Shown one piece after another: positions 16,853 to 20,810 of a stretch of 20,810 nucleotides of DNA (within the stretch, counting starts at the first letter, position 1; every line of letters starts with the position of its first letter). Made by a program: the position numbers and the translations under genes. Under the pieces are notes generated by a model, which was not told where the DNA came from, made no database searches, and was given only the letters and a program-made list of their open reading frames with translations. Origin of the DNA: Cyanobacteria bacterium J06626_4 (GTDB lineage: Bacteria; Cyanobacteriota; Cyanobacteriia; Phormidesmidales; Phormidesmidaceae); contig JBCBJQ010000103.1 of NCBI GenBank assembly GCA_038523235.1, forward strand, positions 1 through 20,810, written 5' to 3'.

Positions 16853-17704
16853 TTAGAACTCAATCTCATAAGAACACCAGTCACTCCAGCCGCCGACGTA
16901 CAGTTTCGGCAGGGGCAGACCCATGTGCGCTTGAGCCAGTAGATTGACGCAGGCGGTGACGCCAGAGCCGCAGTAAAAGATGGGCTCATCGGCCTCAATA
17001 ATGGCTTGCCACTGAGCCTTTAAAGCTGCGGCTGAGTGAAAGTGACCTTGCTTATCCAGGTTTGTTTGCCAAAATTGATTGACCGCGTTGGGTAGAGCGC
17101 CCGCAATCGGATCGATGGGTTCTTGCTCGCCCCTGTAGCGCTCGGGCGATCGCGCATCCACTAACAAGATGTCTGACTCAGCTTGGTGGTGCAGAATATA
17201 GTCTCTATCCACTGTCCAATGGCTCTGTACTTGAGGGGTGAACTGGCCGGTCTTGAGTGGGGTGGGTATCTGCGTTTCGAGGGGGTAGTCAGCCGCCTGC
17301 CAGGCGGGCAACCCACCGTCTAGTACGGCCACTTGAGAGTGTCCGAGATAGCGCAAAAGCCACCATAGTCGGGCTGCAAAAGCACCTTTTGTGGCGTCAT
17401 AGGCCACTATCTGGGTGGCGGGCTGAGAAGAAATGCCCAACGATTCTAAGGTTGTGACCAGCTGATTGAGATCCGGCAGGGGATGCCGCCCGCCGTGAGC
17501 CTGCACTGGGCTCGACAGATCCCGATTTAGATCGAGATAGAACGCACCCGGCAGATGACCGGTGTTATAGGCTTGTCGCCCTGCTTGCGAATCGTTCAAA
17601 GCAAAACGACAGTCAATAATGACCGTTTGGGGGTCGTCTAGGTGCGCTCTGACCCAGTCAATATTGACTAGGGGAGTAGAAAGGGGCAGGGCGGGGGAAT
17701 TCAT
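16853..17704 (-). CDS. sseA: Tandem-rhodanese sulfurtransferase (SseA/3-mercaptopyruvate sulfurtransferase-like)
   Basis: IDCRF, GHLPGA, GGRHPLP, AARLWWLL...GH..VAVLDGG, DARS.ERY.G, active-site loop YCGSGVTAC and LY.GGWSDW. Confidence 0.92.
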   Translation of the reverse strand: MNSPALPLSTPLVNIDWVRAHLDDPQTVIIDCRFALNDSQAGRQAYNTGHLPGAFYLDLNRDLSSPVQAHGGRHPLPDLNQLVTTLESLGISSQPATQIVAYDATKGAFAARLWWLLRYLGHSQVAVLDGGLPAWQAADYPLETQIPTPLKTGQFTPQVQSHWTVDRDYILHHQAESDILLVDARSPERYRGEQEPIDPIAGALPNAVNQFWQTNLDKQGHFHSAAALKAQWQAIIEADEPIFYCGSGVTACVNLLAQAHMGLPLPKLYVGGWSDWCSYEIEF

Positions 17705-18276
17705 AGCTCAGAGGGGGAGATCGCCGACTCACTGGTTGGAGTATAGAACGACAGACCGGTACGGCCATACTTTTTTTGTGTCCGCAGCGTTAGCCCGGTC
17801 ACTGGGGCGATTGCCACACTGGCGTCAGCGGCATGTTCCACCGCCAGTTCCCCTTCGGGGACTAAGAGCTGATAATGGGCGATCGCCGTCATCACGGGCT
17901 CATAGAGGCCACTCTGATAGGGCGGGTCAAAATAAATGTGATGAAACTGCTGGCCCGACAGTTTGGGCAGGAGCTTGAGGATATTGCCTTGCATCACCTG
18001 AAAGGTCTGCTCTGGCCGGGCGACCTGCTGCCAGTTTTGCTGTAGGGTGCGACAGGCCAGGTCTGACTGCTCAATGCCCACGACCGACTGAGCCCCGCGG
18101 CAGAGGGCTTCGGCCCCGATTACGCCATTGCCGGCGCACAGATCTAACCAATCACACCCCATGATTGAGCCGCGCCAAATATTAAACAGCGCCTCTCGCA
18201 CTCTTCCCGTGGTGGGGCGAGTGGCCTGCCCTGGCAAGGTTTTAAGCTGACGATTGCCGTAAATCCTTAAGGGCAT
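17701..18276 (-). CDS. rsmD: 16S rRNA (guanine966-N2)-methyltransferase RsmD
   Basis: TRPT..RVREALFNI, WLDLCAG.G.IGAEAL.RGA, FDPPY and YG.T motifs. Overlaps hisH (TAATG) and sseA (ATGA). Confidence 0.93.
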   Translation of the reverse strand: MPLRIYGNRQLKTLPGQATRPTTGRVREALFNIWRGSIMGCDWLDLCAGNGVIGAEALCRGAQSVVGIEQSDLACRTLQQNWQQVARPEQTFQVMQGNILKLLPKLSGQQFHHIYFDPPYQSGLYEPVMTAIAHYQLLVPEGELAVEHAADASVAIAPVTGLTLRTQKKYGRTGLSFYTPTSESAISPSEL

Positions 18277-18920
18277 TAGCGACTCAAAACGACCGCGCCT
18301 TGATTCACGACCGATACAAAGTTCGACAGAATTTGCATGCCAATGGTGGAAGATTTTTCGGGGTGAAACTGCACTGCCATGACGTTGTCTTGAGCGATCG
18401 CAGCGGTGATGGTTTGGCTACCATGGGTGACCGTTGCGGCTACGATGGCCGCGTCAGTAGGCTCCGGATAGTAAGAATGGACGAAATACACCCAGTCCCC
18501 TGTGGTGACGTTTTTCCAAAGCGGCGTGTTGGGCTGGGTTAGGGTGAGTTGGTTCCACCCCATATGCGGAATCGTGATGTGAGGCTCGGGCTGAAAGGCT
18601 CGAATTTGACCGCGAATGATGCCCAACCCCGGTTCTTGTCCCTCATCGCTGCCGTCAAATAACACCTGCAGGCCCACACAGATACCTAAAAAGGGCTTGC
18701 CAGTGGCTACAATCTCACGGATGGGGCCAACTAGGTGGCGATCGCGTAAATGCTGCATGGCTGGATCGAAGGCACCGACACCCGGCAACAACACGCCATC
18801 GGCGGCGTGCAAATCAGCTACCTGATCAGTGATGACGGGCACTGCGCCAGCTTTTTCTAAACCTTTGCAGGCGGAATGCAGATTGCCCATGTCGTAGTCA
18901 ATTACAGCGATGCGCGTCAC
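18276..18920 (-). CDS. hisH: Imidazole glycerol phosphate synthase glutaminase subunit HisH
   Basis: IAVIDYDMGNLHS, LPGVGAF, GICVGLQ, PHMGWN, YFVHSY and QFHPEKS. GTG start at 18920 is preceded by GAGGG. Confidence 0.96.
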   Translation of the reverse strand: MTRIAVIDYDMGNLHSACKGLEKAGAVPVITDQVADLHAADGVLLPGVGAFDPAMQHLRDRHLVGPIREIVATGKPFLGICVGLQVLFDGSDEGQEPGLGIIRGQIRAFQPEPHITIPHMGWNQLTLTQPNTPLWKNVTTGDWVYFVHSYYPEPTDAAIVAATVTHGSQTITAAIAQDNVMAVQFHPEKSSTIGMQILSNFVSVVNQGAVVLSR

Positions 18921-19121
18921 GGTTAATCCCTCGTGAATTGACAAAACCACCATCATCCTACACGCGGTAGAATCAACCTGTCTCGAAGTGCGTCAACTTC
19001 TGGGTCAAGGCAGCGGACGGCTGGATTGCTGGTCGCCTTGAAACTAAATCTAAATCGCTGAGGATCAGGAAACGGCAACGCCCGCGTGGCCGCCTCTCTC
19101 ACATTTTTGTGCTGGTAACGT

Positions 19122-19655
19122 ATGACCCTGCTCCTGACTTCATTTGCTCCATGGAAGGCGCATCAGAGGACTAATGCTGCCGATGACCTAATTGCTCTGG
19201 CACGGGCGAGAAATCAACTGCCTGGCCAGACGCTGTTGATGCGGCACTTGCCAGTGCACTGGCAACTCGCGTCTGGTCAGGTGCTGGCGGCGCTGTTTAA
19301 ACATCGACCCGCAGCGGTGGTTTGCTGTGGTATGGCCGAAAAGCGCGCTTTCTTATCTCTGGAGCGTTATGCCCACCATCGCTGCGATCGCTTAGAAACA
19401 GCTCTCTGTTTACCCGACTTGTGTGCTGAGATGCAGTGGACCACGGTTAGCGACGATGCTGGCAACTATGTCTGTAATGCCCTGTACTATCAGCTGTTGG
19501 ATTGTATTCAGCAGTCCTCTCTGCCGACGCAGTGCTTGTTTATTCATGTGCCCCCGATATCGGCTCATAATCGCGAGCTGTTAGTCCATGATTTTGCGCA
19601 AGTGCTGGTGCGGATATCTCATCACCAACGGCAAGAATACCTCACGTCAGCCTAA
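19122..19655 (+). CDS. Pyroglutamyl-peptidase I (peptidase C15) family protein
   Basis: LLTSFAPW..HQ.TN; Glu-Cys-His triad in LSLER, S.DAGNYVCNALYY and FIHVP. Confidence 0.88.
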   Translation: MTLLLTSFAPWKAHQRTNAADDLIALARARNQLPGQTLLMRHLPVHWQLASGQVLAALFKHRPAAVVCCGMAEKRAFLSLERYAHHRCDRLETALCLPDLCAEMQWTTVSDDAGNYVCNALYYQLLDCIQQSSLPTQCLFIHVPPISAHNRELLVHDFAQVLVRISHHQRQEYLTSA

Positions 19656-19999
19656 TCCTTGCACCGGCGTGGCGATCATTTCGCGATGCCGCGGTTGATT
19701 TCAAGTCAGTGAGCGATCGCCCTTTCTGCGCGTCCGCGATTGCTGAAAATATGCCGGAGTTTGGCGTTGATGCCGCGTTAAAATTGGGGCTTTGGGAGCA
19801 CGGTTCTACAACTTTTCTGCTCTATCCGCTGGCCCTGCCTTTGACCGCTGGTGAAAGCGAATGAGTCTGCAGTCGAGTCGCTAAACGATTAGCCGCTGAC
19901 GGACGAGGCTGACAGACGATACGACGTGGCTGTGGGTGTGAAAACACTGAGGGCAAAGCAGCGTACAAACTTCAAGATTGGCCGATTTCTGCAGATATT

Positions 20000-20036
20000 A
20001 AAAATGGGCCGACCTCAGATGACAGAGGCTGGCCCA
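20000..20036 (-). terminator. Intrinsic terminator of the rbp gene
   Basis: Minus strand reads TGGGCCAGCCTC-TGTCATCT-GAGGTCGGCCCA-TTTTT, ~80 nt after the rbp stop. Confidence 0.7.
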
Positions 20037-20118
20037 CTCAAGATGGAAACCGGTTTAGCTCACCATCACCTGCTTGATTGACAGGCTGTTTGAAGCGGTA
20101 AACCCCATCTTAGTCGGA

Positions 20119-20562
20119 CTAAGAACCGGTGGTTTGAGTTGCTAGCAGTTGCTTCAGCTTTTCCAGTTCGTCGGCCCAACGCGGGTCGGGTTTGGCCGCC
20201 TCGGCACTGCTGCTGTGGCTAGAGGCACTGTCGCGATTAGCTTTCGGAGACTTCCGCCGAGCTGGACTGGGAGTTGCGTTACCGCCCTCGCCATCTTCCT
20301 CCTTACCCTTGGCGCGAGGCAGAGCCTTCTCAATCTTCAGGGTGTTTTCCTGCAGTACAAAATTGCTGAATTTTTCAACAATGGCGTCTGCCTGCTCATC
20401 AGTCTTCAAGGTGACAAAGCCGAAACCACGACACTTGCCAGTTTTGCGGTCAGTCACTAGCTTGACTGAAATAATCTCTTCAGAATGTTCTGAAAAAACA
20501 GCCTCCAGTTGCTCTCGTTCAATATCTTTGGGCAGATTGCCAACATAAACTCTTACAGACAT
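20119..20562 (-). CDS. RRM RNA-binding protein of the Rbp3 type
   Basis: RNP2 VYVGNL and RNP1 RGFGFVT; KIEKALPR.K and C-terminal PDPRWADELEKLKQLL typical of Rbp3-like proteins; GAGGT RBS. Confidence 0.92.
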   Translation of the reverse strand: MSVRVYVGNLPKDIEREQLEAVFSEHSEEIISVKLVTDRKTGKCRGFGFVTLKTDEQADAIVEKFSNFVLQENTLKIEKALPRAKGKEEDGEGGNATPSPARRKSPKANRDSASSHSSSAEAAKPDPRWADELEKLKQLLATQTTGS

Positions 20563-20810
20563 TTTTCTCAGATACCTCTTTTCAACAAACTATTTTCAAC
20601 ACTTTTACAATTGAGAACTTGCTTTTTGGCAAGCCTTGGTGATGCTTTAAGAACAACAGTTTTGTTATCGTCTAATCTCAATAAATTTGATAATTCAAGG
20701 ATTAATTCTCATGACGAAACAAACCTTGCAAACACTGTGGGCTAAGAATTGCCCTTATCTGGGAAAACTTTTTTGCTGCTCCTAACACCTTCCATGAAGT
20801 GTGGCTCGTG

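Larger units (their letters stand above)
264..19720. repeat. HIP1 octamer GCGATCGC, dispersed (~20 copies)
   Basis: Seen at 264, 3891, 4418, 6367, 7581, 8559, 8707, 9057, 9352, 9606, 12599, 12988, 13546, 15861, 17146, 17879, 18394, 18738, 19384 and 19713 (manual count). Confidence 0.9.

Noticed and set aside
1..20810. CRISPR arrays, tRNA/rRNA genes, transposases, prophage or defence genes; also the many alternate-frame ORFs inside annotated genes
   Set aside because: No repeat-spacer periodicity, cloverleaf or mobile-element motifs were seen. The nested ORFs are shadows of well-supported genes.

Overview
A mostly core-genome window from a cyanobacterium. About 20 HIP1 octamers (GCGATCGC) were counted by eye, and cyanobacterial marker genes are present (rpaA, bioU, ycf66, ycf35, fed7-like ferredoxin, rbp3-like RRM). 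Gene order: 5'-truncated hypothetical protein (wHTH-like plus GNAT-like), KptA/Tpt1-family protein, DUF1565 beta-helix protein (-), YihY/BrkB, SufA/IscA, TPR protein, 64-aa small ORF, Ycf66 with a long repetitive tail, ileS, bioU (-), DUF2997-ycf35-ferredoxin operon, rpaA, coupled hisH-rsmD-sulfurtransferase (-), peptidase C15, and an Rbp3-like RNA-binding protein (-). I saw no rRNA, tRNA, CRISPR array, transposase or integrase, and no complete novel multi-gene system can be shown from the sequence alone. The best leads are four. (1) An intact KptA/Tpt1 ORF that has lost two of four catalytic residues and its NAD-binding motifs, next to an uncharacterised wHTH-GNAT-like gene. (2) A ~400-nt run of long tandem hairpins (7581-7983) after an SH3-like small ORF preceded by a 22-bp-periodic direct repeat. 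(3) An IleRS whose CP1 editing domain looks much more diverged than its flanks. (4) Structured leader and intergenic elements in the DUF2997-ycf35-ferredoxin operon. Family calls come from recalled motifs and all pairings were checked by hand, with no database search or folding program.
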